From Octopus sinensis (taxonomy: Eukaryota), in contig NC_043000.1 in assembly GCF_006345805.1 (NCBI RefSeq), forward strand, positions 39,990,001 to 40,054,000: a DNA stretch of 64,000 nt, in the 5' to 3' direction. Of the stretch, positions 14,331-26,648 are shown piece by piece. How positions within the stretch are numbered: position 1 is the stretch's first letter; each line of letters begins with the position of its first letter. A program made the position numbers and the translations under genes. The notes beneath the pieces were generated by a model, which was not told where the DNA came from, made no database searches, and saw nothing but the letters and a program-made list of their open reading frames with translations.

Positions 14331-15336
14331 TCATTCTCCTATTCCTGTCCTCATCTTGGATTAGATCTGACCTGCACATCTGAATCTCCACTGCAGGAAG
14401 GTCTAAAAATGAATATAAGCTTTACTCTACCTCTTCATACTAAAATATAAACTATCAGTTATTGGTATTAGTATAGGCAATGTAAGGAGTGGCAACAATC
14501 TACACTAGAAATAAATCTATGGTGAGAAAATTAAAAGGGTCAATAACTTAAGATCTTATATTTTTCAGAGAGGATGGGTGACAACTCTAGAAGTATTTTT
14601 GCATTTCTCTGGCTTCCTCGGCAACTTACTGTAAGTTTACCAAATTTTCAAGCAGGAAAACAAGTATACAATAAAAAAAGATCTGATTAAAAGCTGATTA
14701 AAAAATAAGAAAATGAAGGGAAGAACTAAATTTAGTCTAAAGAATTTACATAAACTTTGCTGCTTCCACAGCAGACCCCAGTAACTCAAATAAATGACGC
14801 AGTTCTCTCATGTCTCAGAAGAATAAAATATATAGGCACATACACATGTATTTATATTTAGAAGCCTAAAAAGAAATAATTTCAATCATAAATGTCAAAG
14901 TATTTTAAACCTAAGTATTTATGGTGTGGTAGGACATGATGGCAATGTGTGTGTGTGTGAAAGAGAGAGAGAGTAAATGTGCTCTGCTGTGGGCAACATC
15001 ACTGTTAAACTGGGACACAAGACAAGTTTGCGACAAAAGAGAAAATGTCTTAACACGTGACATTTCCAAACACTTTTACAGCAAGGTTAGTGTTACTGTA
15101 TTTAAATGTATGTGTATGTTTGTTTAAGAAAGCAAGGTTGACACTCAACTTGTGCTTGTCTAACTTGCTCCTTATTTCTCTCACATCATCGCTTCCACCT
15201 CCTAAATCCTTAAAATATTTCAGCAAAATTGATTATTCTTATAAACGAAAAAAGAAACACACAAGCATCTAAAACCTGGCAACCAACACCATGGTTACCT
15301 TTCCTCTACACACACTGCATACTATATGATAAGACT

Positions 15337-15400
15337 GCCATGGTTAGACAATATAAGATTGCCATGGTTAGACAATATGATGAGGTTGCCATGGTTAGGA
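15337..15400. repeat. Short tandem repeat, three copies of tgccatggttag(ac)
   Basis: Direct reading; period about 22-25 bp. Confidence 0.85.
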
Positions 15401-15509
15401 CATTAAAGTGAAGTGACAGAATAGGTAGATTAATTATCTATAAAGATTAACTTTCAGATGCAATACACATCATCAACCAAATTCAAAATAAAGGTATATG
15501 AGAAGGCAT

Positions 15510-15830
15510 AGCTATGTGGTGGACGTAAGTGTGGTTGTGTGGTAAGAAGTTTGTTTCCGAACCACATGGTTCTGGGTTCTGCAGGCTAACCAAAGCTTTG
15601 TGAGTGGATCTGGTAGATGAAAACTGAAAACAGTTTGTGTGTATGTGTATAAGCAGGGTCATTCATTTCCATTATTCTGCGAGAATACATCTGGCCATAG
15701 GGAAATATTATTTTGCCTGGGAACAGGTGAGGGTTAGCAACAGGAAGGGTATCCAGTTGTAGAAAATCAACCTCAATAAACTTCGCCCATCTCATGCAAA
15801 CATGGACAAGATGTTGAAATGATGATATGC
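15510..15830 (+). mobile_element. SINE with family-B head and RTE-derived 3' tail
   Basis: Head gtggttgtgtggtaagaagtttg... joined to ggaagggtatccagttgtagaaa...catggacaagatgttgaaatgatgat, the tail shared with RTE. Confidence 0.65.
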
Positions 15831-16182
15831 ATGTGCACTTGTGTGTGTCTTTATGTTTGTCCACCCTACTGACAGTTGATGTTGGTTTGTCATTGCACAT
15901 TGGTATCAACTAACTTGATAAACTAAATATAAGTGTAAGTGTACAAGTTTATACATTCTAAGAGAGGAAACAGTTAATTATAATGATATGCATCTAACTG
16001 GTGAATCAAAACTACTGCTGCATCATCACTAAGAATATTAAATGAACAATTCTTTTAATACAGATAACACCATCTCACCTGAAACTACTTCTATAAAAGT
16101 CTTAATATTTAAAGTTAAATCTGTGACTGCAATATCATTATTACATGATATACAGTGCAGCATTTCAATATTTAAAATTCCT

Positions 16183-16386
16183 AAGGTGGTGAGCTGGCAG
16201 AAACGTTAGCATGCCAGGTGAAATGCTGAGCAATATTTCATCTGTCTGTACGTTCGGAGTTCAAAGTCAACTTTGCCTTTCATTCCTTTCAGAGTCGATA
16301 AATTAAGTACCTGTTGCATTCTGGAGTCGATCTAATCGACTGGCCCACTCCCCAAAATTTTGGGCTTTGTGCCTAGAGTAGAAAAG
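16183..16386 (+). mobile_element. SINE family A
   Basis: ggtggtgagctggcagaaacgttagc head. Flanked by aatatttaaaatt and aatattttaaatt, a likely TSD. Confidence 0.8.
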
Positions 16387-16436
16387 AATATTTTAAATTT
16401 GTATTAATTATTAAGTTAATTATATTATTTATCCTT

Positions 16437-16800
16437 TATTTGTTTTAGCCACTGGAGTGTGGACCATATTAGGACACAGCCTTGATAGGGTCAGTCAACC
16501 ACAGTATTTCTGTTTTAAGCCTGGTACTTATCTGAGAGGGAATATGTTGAATAAATCAGAATTAGCCGATCCTCCTGTACTTTCTTTTAACCAAAGCCAG
16601 GAACTTTTCAGCACCCGTGTGTGTCTGTACACACACACACACACAATGGACTTCCGCACAGTTTCTGTCTATCTAATCCACTCACAAGGCATTGGTTGGC
16701 CTGGGGCCATAGCAGAAGACACTTGCCCAAAATGTTACACAGTGGGACTGAACCCCAAAACCACATGGTTGCAAAAGGAGCTTCTAAACCACACAGCCAT
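16437..16800 (-). mobile_element. SINE family B (tRNA head plus CORE-like segment, my label), interrupted by a MITE end
   Basis: Contains gaagacacttgcccaaaatgttacacagtgggactgaacc. A foreign segment lies at about 16535-16617. Confidence 0.7.
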
Positions 16801-17074
16801 ATCTTCTCATAATTCCTATTTATTTTGAAAAATTAAAACACAAAGGAATAATGTACTTTTCTAAGAAACATGGTCACAAAGAGTTAACTGATTATTTTCT
16901 TGTCACATATCTACATAAACCAAGAAATATTAGATCACAGCAACAATAATATCAATGGCCACTTATAAATTTAGACAAATATCTGAATGAGTGAATAGGG
17001 AAGGTTTGATATTGTTGTTAAACTTGGAAGACACACCAGCCAAATTGTCCAAAAACCACATCTTACTGCCTTAA

Positions 17075-17296
17075 CCCTTTCAATGCCAACTCAGCTGAAA
17101 CCTCCTCTGGCTCTGTAGTACAAATGTCTTGCTTTCAAAAGTTCTGAATTAAAATCTTCCACCAAACCTTAGTCACAATTTATGTTCCTATCACTAGCTT
17201 AATGATAACTAAGTTATTTTATTAAATTCTTTGTTATATTTAAAATTAACTGAAAGAAACCCAGAGCATCTCAACAGAAATATGGTAACAAAAGGG
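17075..17296. mobile_element. piggyBac-type MITE
   Basis: ttaa|ccctttcaatgcc ... gtaacaaaaggg|ttaa, with intact TTAA on both sides. Confidence 0.8.
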
Positions 17297-18210
17297 TTAA
17301 TGAAAGAATGGACATATTAGATAATGCAGGTCTTCATATCATCATTGTTTTAAATGTCCAATTTTCCATTTTCGCATGGGTCAGACAGTAAGATGCGGTT
17401 TTAAGACAATTTGGTTGGAGTGTGAGTGTGTGTGCATGCACGTTTATCCCCCACCATCCCTTGACAACAAGCATTGGTGTGCTTACATCCTTGTAACTTG
17501 GCAGACCAGCAAGAGACCAATATAATAATTACAAGGCTTAAAAAAAAATAATAAATAAGCACTGAGGTTGATCCGATAGATTAAAATTCTTCAAGGTGGT
17601 GCCCCAGTATGGCCACAGTCTCATGAGTGAAACGAGGAAAAGATTATATATGAAACCTGATGGCAATGGCTAGAGAGACTCTGGTCATCAGTCAATTGAA
17701 TAAAGGCTAAAAGGAGTTAAACAACAGATTGTAATCAAGCAAATATGTGATGTTTTACGAGAAGCTGACTGATTCCCTGGTTGATGCTAGGCATCAGGTA
17801 TGTATACTACATCAAGCGAAACTAGTGAGTGTATAATTTTAAAACACAGCATGGGTCACAGGGGACATGGGGGCAGGGAAAGAATTTAACACTTTAAATA
17901 GACTATCCTAGCGTCTACCACACACATACACACTCTTATTTAACCCACAGCATTCCCAAACCCTTAGGGGAGATAGCAGATAAAACCAGTTAGCAGTAAA
18001 CATTCACAGATATTTCTGTTTGACACTTGGCTAGATGTATTATATATATATATATATATATATATAGTTATCCCCAAGCTAACAAGGCAGTCCAGAAAAA
18101 TGCTGTCGTTGATTAGCTCCAAGAGGCCATCACCCCTAGCTAGCTATGTGACACTCACACTTGTGTCCTTTAGAGAGATTTAGAAATAATTATATATATA
18201 TATTATACAT

Positions 18211-18242
<32 letters not shown>

Positions 18243-19129
18243 CATCAGCGTTTATACATGTATGAGCTTATGTTAATGTTATTTTTTCAGTATGTGTGTA
18301 CATGTGTGTATACTTGCATATGTGTATATGTTTGTGTGTGCATGTATGAGTGATCTAAGTACATATTCATGTATGCATGAACACATATATTCACCTCAAT
18401 GTATGTACGTGTGAATCTATGTATGTGTGTTAAATCCTGTTGAATGCTGGTAATTAGCTTCTGGTGACTACAACCAAATATTCTAAATTTGTTCAAAAGT
18501 CAGTTGAGTGAAGAACAATTTTTGACTGGGCAGACAGAGAGGATGGTCAGAAGCTTCATGTTGGGGTACAATTGAAGGCTGTAATGCTACAGTTGAATGC
18601 CACTAACTTAATGATACTGTTTTAATACACCACGCTATGTTTAGTCCTATTATAGAGTTAACTCCTCCTACAACGAAATCTCCAGACATTAACACATGCA
18701 CACACAAAAAAACTACCAAAAAAAAAATAATAAACACCACATTTATACTTTAATTAATGATCATCTACAAAGATAGGATCAAATGCACTGCAGTGTTTAG
18801 TTTGTGAATTAGAAGCTGATTCTGTCCCCTTTAGTCGTTAAAAGTACAGGCACACCATAAGCTCTGAATAATTCATAATTTATATAAGCATTTTTGAGCA
18901 CTTTCAATGAAAATTAATCTTGTTAAGACTAATTATGATGTACTTTGTGGAGTACATATGTATCTTATTACTGAGCAATATAAATGATTTGTTACCATAT
19001 ATATGTGCACCTGAGCACTGTAGTGCTCAGTAATAAGATCATCAAATGGATGTTAAACGATGATGATGATCTTATTACTGAGCACTATAAGTGATTTGTT
19101 ACTGCATATAAAAATGTGTGTGTGAACAT

Positions 19130-19530
19130 TTTCATTGTTTCAATGTCCACTTTTCCATGTTTGCATGGTTGAGACAGAGTTCATTGAGGTAGATTTGCTA
19201 CAGCCAGATGCTCTTTCTATTGCCAGCACTCACCTGTTTCCAAGCAAGGTAATATTTCCCCATAGCCAGACAGGTTTCTATGGAAGCCTGGAAAGAAATG
19301 ATGCTGCTTGCATATGACAGTGATACTTGTTTATAACCACTGAGTGATGTCAACACACACACACACACATAATGGAAGTCTTTCAGTTTCTGCCTACCAC
19401 TACTGACTTGCACAGCTTTGATCAGCCTGGGTCATAGTGGAAGACACATACTCAAACTATTTTGCAGTGGGGCTGAACCTGAAATCATGTGGTTGGGAAG
19501 CAAACGTCTGAACCACACAGCCATATCTGC
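19130..19530 (-). mobile_element. SINE with family-B head and RTE-derived tail
   Basis: Left part is the RTE-type tail (ttttcaatgtccacttttccatgtttgcatgg). Right part is the family-B head (gaagacacata...cacacagcc). Confidence 0.7.
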
Positions 19531-19810
19531 ACCTTCCACACACACACATATATGAATGCATAAATGTAAACAAATGTATACATACTGCTTGTCTTCATAT
19601 GAAACCACTTGGTCAAAACAATAATGTCATGTTTATATTTCATATAAACAATACGTGCTGTAGCTCTGTGTTTCTGAAGATCAGCGGTGGAATTATACCA
19701 CTTACTTAAAAACTAGCTTTGGCAATAGGACAGGAATTTGATGATAAAGTACTGTTCTGATAAATTTGCATCCAGGCCATACCAGCATGGAAAAGAAGAC
19801 ACATACATAT

Positions 19811-19903
19811 ACTAATATTTAGCAGAAGCAACAGAGTAACTCAAGGTCCGAGAGTCTCGTCCATTGGCACTCACAAAACTCTCAGACCTTGAGTCATTCT
19901 GTA

Positions 19904-19947
<44 letters not shown>

Positions 19948-20051
19948 CGGTAAAGCCCAGAATCCAAGGAATCTATGTTTCATCATAACTGTAATATATA
20001 TATACAAACTATGACATTTTAAACCCGAGCAACACTGGGTATCTCTGCTAG
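19811..20051 (+). mobile_element. Non-autonomous Helitron or Helentron-like element (3' end clear, 5' end uncertain)
   Basis: 3' hairpin cccgagcaacactggg (20024-20039) followed by CTAG|T at 20048-20051. Also an internal 17-bp inverted repeat (19839-19894) and a (TA)n tract. Confidence 0.65.
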
Positions 20052-20107
20052 TTATATATGATGATGATGATGATGATGATATATATATATATATAAGATA
20101 TATTCAT

Positions 20108-20489
20108 TTACTCTTTTATCTACTTTTACTTGTTTCAGTCATTTGACTGCGGCAATACTGGAGCACTGCCATTAGTTGAACAAATCAACCCCAGGACATT
20201 CTTTGTAAGCCTAATATTTATTCTATCGGTCTCTTTAGCTGAGCTGCTAAGTTACAGGGATGTAAACACACCAATACTGGTTGTTAAGCGATGGTGGGGG
20301 ACAAACACAAACACACAAATATATGTAACGGGTTTCTTTCAGTTTCTGTCTACCAAGTCAACTCACAAGGCTTTGGTTGGCCTGAGGCTATAGTAAAAGA
20401 CACTTGCCCAAAGTGCCATGCAGTGAGACTGAACCCGGAACCATGTAGTTAGGAAGCAAGGTTCTTACCACACAGCTACTCCTGCACCT
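20108..20489 (-). mobile_element. SINE family B, full length
   Basis: Complete reverse complement of the family-B structure, from the cttttacttgtttcagtc tail to the ctcctgcacct head. Confidence 0.88.
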
Positions 20490-20533
20490 ATATATATATA
20501 TAGTAGAAGACCTATATATATATATATATATAT

Positions 20534-20704
20534 AGGCGCAGGAGTGGCTGTGTGGTAAGTAGCTTGCTTATGAACTACATGGTTCCGGGTTCAGTCCCAC
20601 TGCATGGCATCTTGGGCAAGTGTCTTCTACTATAGCCTCGGGCCGACCAAAGCCTTGTGAGTGGATTTGGTAGATGGAAACTGAAAGAAGCCCGTCGTAT
20701 GTAT

Positions 20705-20738
<34 letters not shown>

Positions 20739-20939
20739 CTGTGTTTGTCCCCCTAGCATTGCTTGACAACCGATGCTGGTGTGTTTACATCCCCGTCACT
20801 TAGCGGTTCGGCAAAAAGAGACCGATAGAATAAGTACTGGGCTTACAAAGAATAAGTCCCGGGGTCGATTTGCTCGACTAAAGGCAGTGCTCCAGCATGG
20901 CCGCGGTCAAATGACTGAAACAAGTAAAAGTAAAGTAAG

Positions 20940-20940
<1 letters not shown>
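20534..20940 (+). mobile_element. SINE family B, full length, young
   Basis: aggcgcaggagtggctgtgtggtaag head, gttccgggttcagtccc B-box, cttgggcaagtgtcttc core-like segment and (gtaaa) tail. Many CpGs are intact. Confidence 0.9.
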
Positions 20941-20985
<45 letters not shown>

Positions 20986-21502
20986 CACACACATAGTGTG
21001 TGTGCATATATGTAGTCTTGCTGTGAAATCAGGCTTTGTAGTTAGACCAGAGGGCTATAGTTGTAAAGTCATGATGTCAGACTGCTTACTGACCACAATG
21101 TCACAAGTTCAGATCTTATTCCATAGCAAATGATTGGGCTCTGTCTGTGAGAAAACCACTTTAATGCTGATGTATGTATCTAGTGTTTCCAGAAGGAACT
21201 TTAAGTTTGTGGTAGGAAGAGGTATCTTACCCAGCTGTAAAAACAGTAATTGGTTCAACATATAAACTATCTCTCATTCAAGCATGGATAGATATACAAC
21301 AGATGCTTGTGTGTGTTCAGCTGGAATCTCTTGATTTACAATCTCATTGCTATGATGCTGACTTTCTTATTTCTATGCATTTGCTCAGGTGACAAACAGA
21401 AGAATCCCTACAACATCCGAGTTATTTTTCTCTTGTTTCTGTGTATATATGTGTCTGTGTGTATGTTTGTCTATGTGTGAATGCACATGTACAATTTTAT
21501 AT

Positions 21503-21552
<50 letters not shown>

Positions 21553-22159
21553 CATACATATATATATATGAGAGAGAGAGAGAACCCACACAGATTGCTT
21601 ATGAGTCACAATGAATACAAACGTCAAATACAATATTTTTGATATAGATATAGTCTCGGTGTGGGAAATATTTCTAACTGATACTAATTAATCACACACA
21701 AATCAGATACTTATTAGTATATTCATTATATATCCTTTATTATTCAATACAGGATGATTTAGGAAAACCCAGACACATCATCGATCAGAATTCAAATTAT
21801 GACCTCAATGCCTCCTATATAATTTATTTGTAACCAATTAGCACTTTGGTTGCTCACTTGCATCCTCATTAATTTTTCTCCTTATCATGTATGATTATTT
21901 TCACACACACAATTATGTAAAGCATGGTATATTCACAAATCAACAACCAGAATACATGTCACAATCATATAATCATCATTTAACATCCACACTTCCATTC
22001 TTTCATGGGTCATACAAAATATGTTCAGGCAGATTTTCTACAGGTGGATGCCCTTCCTGTCACCAACCCTCATTTCCAGGCAAGGTAATATTTCTCCAGA
22101 TACGTTTCGTACAGAAGACTGGAAACAAACAACATTGCTCGTAAGATGGTGATAATCTT

Positions 22160-22522
22160 CTTTTATTCTCTCTTTTTACTTGTTTCAGTCATTTGACTGC
22201 GGCCATGCTGGAGCACCGCCTTTAGTTGAACAAATCAACTCCAGAACTTATTCTTTGTAAGCTTAATACTTATTCTAATGCCCTGTTTTGCTGAACTGCG
22301 AAGTTACAGGGACGCAAACACACCAACATTGGTTGTCAAGTGACGGTACATATACACACACACATGACAGGCTTCTTTCAGTTTCCGTCTACTAAATCCA
22401 CTCAGAAGGTTTTGGTTGGTCCGAGGCTATAGTAGAAGACACTTGCCCAAGATGTCACACAGTGGGACTGAACCCAGAACTAAGTGGTTGGGAAGCAAGC
22501 GTGTTACCACACAGCCACTCCA
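22160..22522 (-). mobile_element. SINE family B, full length
   Basis: Collinear with the copy at 20108-20489. Confidence 0.85.
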
Positions 22523-23923
22523 ACTACTTGTAAGTCAATGCCTCAGTTATATGTATTTTTCTGATTAAATGCTAGTATGGTCAACTAGCCATAAAATGAA
22601 TTAAATAACAAACCAATATGATCATCAATATCATTGAATGTGCATTTTCCATGGTGGGATGGCTTTGATGGTTTGACAGTATCTAAGAAGTCAAAGGACC
22701 ATATCTAACTTCAGTGTCTGCTTTGACATGGTTTGTCTGGTTGGATGCTGTGTGTGTGTATGTGTATACACATGCATATATACATAATAATGATGTTTCA
22801 TCTTGTCAGATGATATCCATTTCACATGAGATAACTGTACATTACTGGATTATAGTGACATGTATGCTTCTGTCTGGGTAGACATGGTTAAATATCCAGT
22901 GACAAGCAAAACCGAACTGAACAGAATCTATTTCAACTGCAGATTTGATATCAAAGACCTCTAAGAGTTTTCCAATAAAAGGATACCCACAAGCCAGAAG
23001 ACATTTGATTTTGGAGGTTTCCTTAGTCAAAGTGATTTAGCAGTGTATTTGGCCAAAATGCTGGGTATTGCTATGCCCTGTGTAATATATTCTTATAAAG
23101 GTTATTTTATAAGAAATTATAATTTGGAAAATAACCACAACATAAGTCAAAGAAGCAATACAAGGACTGTATTTATGACAACTTAGTGAAACTAAAATTA
23201 GATTTCAATTCTGGGAAAAGAAAGTAACTGAGAGAAATAGAGGGAGAACTCTGGTAAAAGAAGACATTGCTAGCTTTGAGCTCATCAAAATGCAGCATGC
23301 ACAGTTAAAATGTACTTTGAGAAAGAGTAGTATCATGCATGCACCAGATGAGATTAGGAGTTGGAAATGCAGTTTTTAATACTACCATCAGTTAAAAGCG
23401 GGCTACATAAACCAGATAAAATCATACAGTAATATGTGAAATAAAGTTGCATGTAATAAGGATTTGCTGTCTCTTTATGGTAAATGATAACATTTGTATA
23501 TGGGAAAAATCTGTCAGAGTAATCCTGGTTGAAAAGGCACATGAAAGTGCATAAAATTAACACATTATTACAAATAAACCATACAAACACCATATAAGTT
23601 TTGAATCTTATTTGTCATACAAGGCTGAGGGCTTGCAGATCAACTAACTACTGGTCTTAAGAGTTGTCTCTGAGCATAAAGACAATGTGGAGCTTATTCA
23701 GATGATGTGGATCAATTGAGATGGCTATCATCTGTCAATATAAAGCAATTATCAAATGCAAACACACACCAAATTTACTCCACAATGCAATGGTCAAGCC
23801 GAAGCTGTTGTAGAAGACACTTGGCAAAGGCGCTGCACAGTAGGATCAAATCCAGGACCATTCAATTGCAAAACAAACTCCTAAGCAAAACCAAACCATG
23901 TATCTACCATACAGATCTTTCAT

Positions 23924-24118
23924 TTGAAGTATTAATCTTTATTCCTGTGGATATTAATTCAGCTTTTTAACTTTATGACATCACTTAAGTGGAAGTTTAA
24001 CTTGGAGGATGTAGTGACTGAATATCCTTTAGATTGCAGCCAACTGTTTTAAAAATAAACAGAAACTGGATAAAGTAATTCTACATATGCTATATCTGGA
24101 AATAAGATATCATAGAAG
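23924..24118 (+). repeat. Local direct duplication, copy 1 (195 bp)
   Basis: Near-identical to 25282-25497 apart from a 20-bp deletion and a few substitutions. Confidence 0.92.
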
Positions 24119-24345
24119 TCTCTTTTGCTTGACTGCTAAGTTACAGGGATGTAAACAAATCAACACTGGTTGTCAAGCAGTGGTGGGGGACGAGCAACAC
24201 ACTTCTTTCAGTTTCTGTCTACCAAATCTACTCATAAGGCTTTGGTTGGCCCAGGACTATAGAAGACACTTGCCAAGTGTCACACAATGGGACTGAACCC
24301 AAGACTACATGACTGGGAAGTAACCATCTTACCCACACAGCCAGG
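24119..24345 (-). mobile_element. SINE family B, 3'-truncated
   Basis: Head and body are present; the tail is replaced by duplication copy 1. Confidence 0.75.
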
Positions 24346-24490
24346 CCAAGGTTTGTGCATGTGTGAGTGTGGTGGGGTTTATGCTGTAAAAGATGATATA
24401 TAACAAGGTTCAATGCCCTCAAGGGAAAAGTGGAAGAAGGCAAACCTGTCACTGTTACATTTCACCAAAAGAGATAGATAAGAGTAGAAA

Positions 24491-24540
<50 letters not shown>

Positions 24541-25281
24541 TCTAATACCTTAAAGGCAGAGAACTAATCTAATCACATTAACATCCACCTCTCAGTGCCA
24601 GACTTAGAACAGGAGCAAGAAATATTAAAAAGAAGCCCTCTGTGTCATTGGTACATTCCAGATCCAAAAGGGTTAGAGGCAACAACAAGCTATGTATGGG
24701 TGTATGATAACAGCAAGCTATGTATGTGTGTATGATGTCTGTCTAGCTATCTGTCTGATTCTCTCTCTCTCTCTTATACACACAAAGTCTCTTTATTTTA
24801 ACTTCAACATTCTCTAATGGATCTTTGAAAGCTTCTCTATCTTGACACCGCCAAACCACTGAAATAGTACCACTGCTCCCATCCCCACCAGATATGATGG
24901 GACATTTAAATGGTATTTTAGATTCTTCCCTGGAATGTTGGCAGCAAAATGGTAGAGATAATGGTGGTGGTAACATTAGTGAATTTGCTGATGGTGTGAA
25001 TAAATGTTAGTGATGAAGATGGTGGGCAGGAATGAATGCAATCTTTTACCCAAATTTTTTAGTCATGTATCTGTGCACACGCACATACACACAAAGTTCT
25101 TGTCTATCTACAGCCTTCATTCTCCCACCTCATGCACAGAGAATTTTTTAAATGCTTCAGGATTCCCCACCACACAACAAAAATTTTAGAAATCTACATG
25201 CCACCAACGCCAACACCAACACCACTTTGACAAATTTATAGAGTTAATTTTTTTTTTCAGTCTTCCCCATTATGGCAGGAC

Positions 25282-25497
25282 TTGAAGTATTAATCTTTAT
25301 TCCTGGGGATATTAATTCAGCTTTATAACTTTATGACATCACTTGAGCCAATGTGTGTGGCCTTAAGTGGAAGTTTAACTTGGAGGATGTAGTGACTGAA
25401 TATCCTTTAAATTGCAGCCAACTGTTTTAAAAACGAAACAGAAACTGGATAAAGTAATTCTACATATGCTATATCTGGAAATAAGATATCATAGAAG
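25282..25497 (+). repeat. Local direct duplication, copy 2 (216 bp)
   Basis: Matches 23924-24118 and carries the extra segment gagccaatgtgtgtggcctt. Confidence 0.92.
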
Positions 25498-26002
25498 GCT
25501 TACAAACTACAGTTAAAGGACAGTGCCAAGTGGCCACAGATGTAATGCAGTACTGATAGCAGGATGTTATTTGTACAGATAAAACTGAGACTAGCAGATG
25601 CACAAGCCAGAGCAGGATGTCTTTCTCAGCAGCAGTGCAAATATTCTCACAAAGCCAAGGGCGGCAGATACATAGATCAGAAGGTCTTTCTTGGTGGTAA
25701 TAGTATTGTTCTCAACAAAACTGTCGCTTATCTGTAGCAATTGGGCTGGTTTGCAATTTCTTAAAAAGAAAGCAGCCAAACCTACCTTGATCCATACAAA
25801 GGATAATGTAGTACTGGATATATAAAAAGACATGATCATGGCACAAATGCTTTTGATTACTGATCTGCTCAAATCAGAGCTGACCTGGGGCTAAACAATA
25901 ACCATCAGATTACCACTCATTGAAAAGCATGAGATTTAGACAATTACTGTCTGCTGTTTATTGTATATCTCATGTTCAATGATACAATACTTGTATATCA
26001 CA

Positions 26003-26648
26003 CATCATCATTTAACATCTGTTTTCCATGCTGACGTGGGTTGGCTGGTTTGACAGGAGTTGGTAAGGCCAATGGGCTGCACCTGGTTCCATAGTCTGTT
26101 TTGATTTGGTTTCTATAGCTGGATGCCCTTCCCAATGCCAACTACTTTATGTGGCATGAGCACTGGTGCTTTTTACATGGCACCAGCACTGGTGCTTTTT
26201 ATGTAGCACCAGCACCGGTGCATTTTATTATGTGACACCAGCACCTGTGCTTCTTTACGAGGCACCAGCACCAGTGCTTTTCATTATGTGGCACCAGCAC
26301 CAGTGCTTTTCATTACATGGCACCAGCACCGGTGCTTTTTATTATGTGGCACCAGCACTGGTGCTTTTTACATGGCACCCGCACCAGTGCTTTTTATGTG
26401 GCACCCGCACCGGTGCTTTTTACATGGTACCAGCACTGGTGCTTTTTATGTGGTACCAGCACCAGTGCTTTTTATGTGGCACCAACACCGGTGCTTTTTA
26501 CGTGGCACCAGCACTGGTGCTTTTTACATAGCACCAGCACTGACAGGGTCACTGAGTAACTTGCAAGATAAAAACCCCTTTAGGACATCAATTCTGCTGA
26601 GTAGATAGGTCTTCTTGAGTACAACAAGTCCTCACAGATCTTGGTCCT
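26003..26648 (-). mobile_element. RTE LINE 3' end with an expanded internal minisatellite
   Basis: (CAT)n tail at 26003 and ORF2 C-terminal remnant on the minus strand near 26610-26648. Confidence 0.8.
26147..26545. repeat. Minisatellite, about 15 units of 26-29 bp, consensus tttttacgtggcaccagcaccggtgc
   Basis: Units counted by eye. Each contains the inverted repeat gcacc(ag)-ca-(cc/ct)ggtgc. Confidence 0.95.

Noticed and set aside
24743-24976. Minus-strand ORF with coding-like composition (EESKIPFKCPIISGGDGSSG...)
   Set aside because: No recognisable homology and no convincing donor site.
25591-25872. 93-aa minus-strand ORF
   Set aside because: No homology recognised and the splice context is ambiguous.
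26147-26545. CRISPR-like look of the palindromic repeat array
   Set aside because: The linkers are 10-13 nt and nearly identical rather than unique spacers, there are no cas genes, and the array lies inside a eukaryotic LINE UTR.
26166-26608. Repetitive ORFs (APAPVLF / WHQH units)
   Set aside because: These are translations of the minisatellite, open in several frames.
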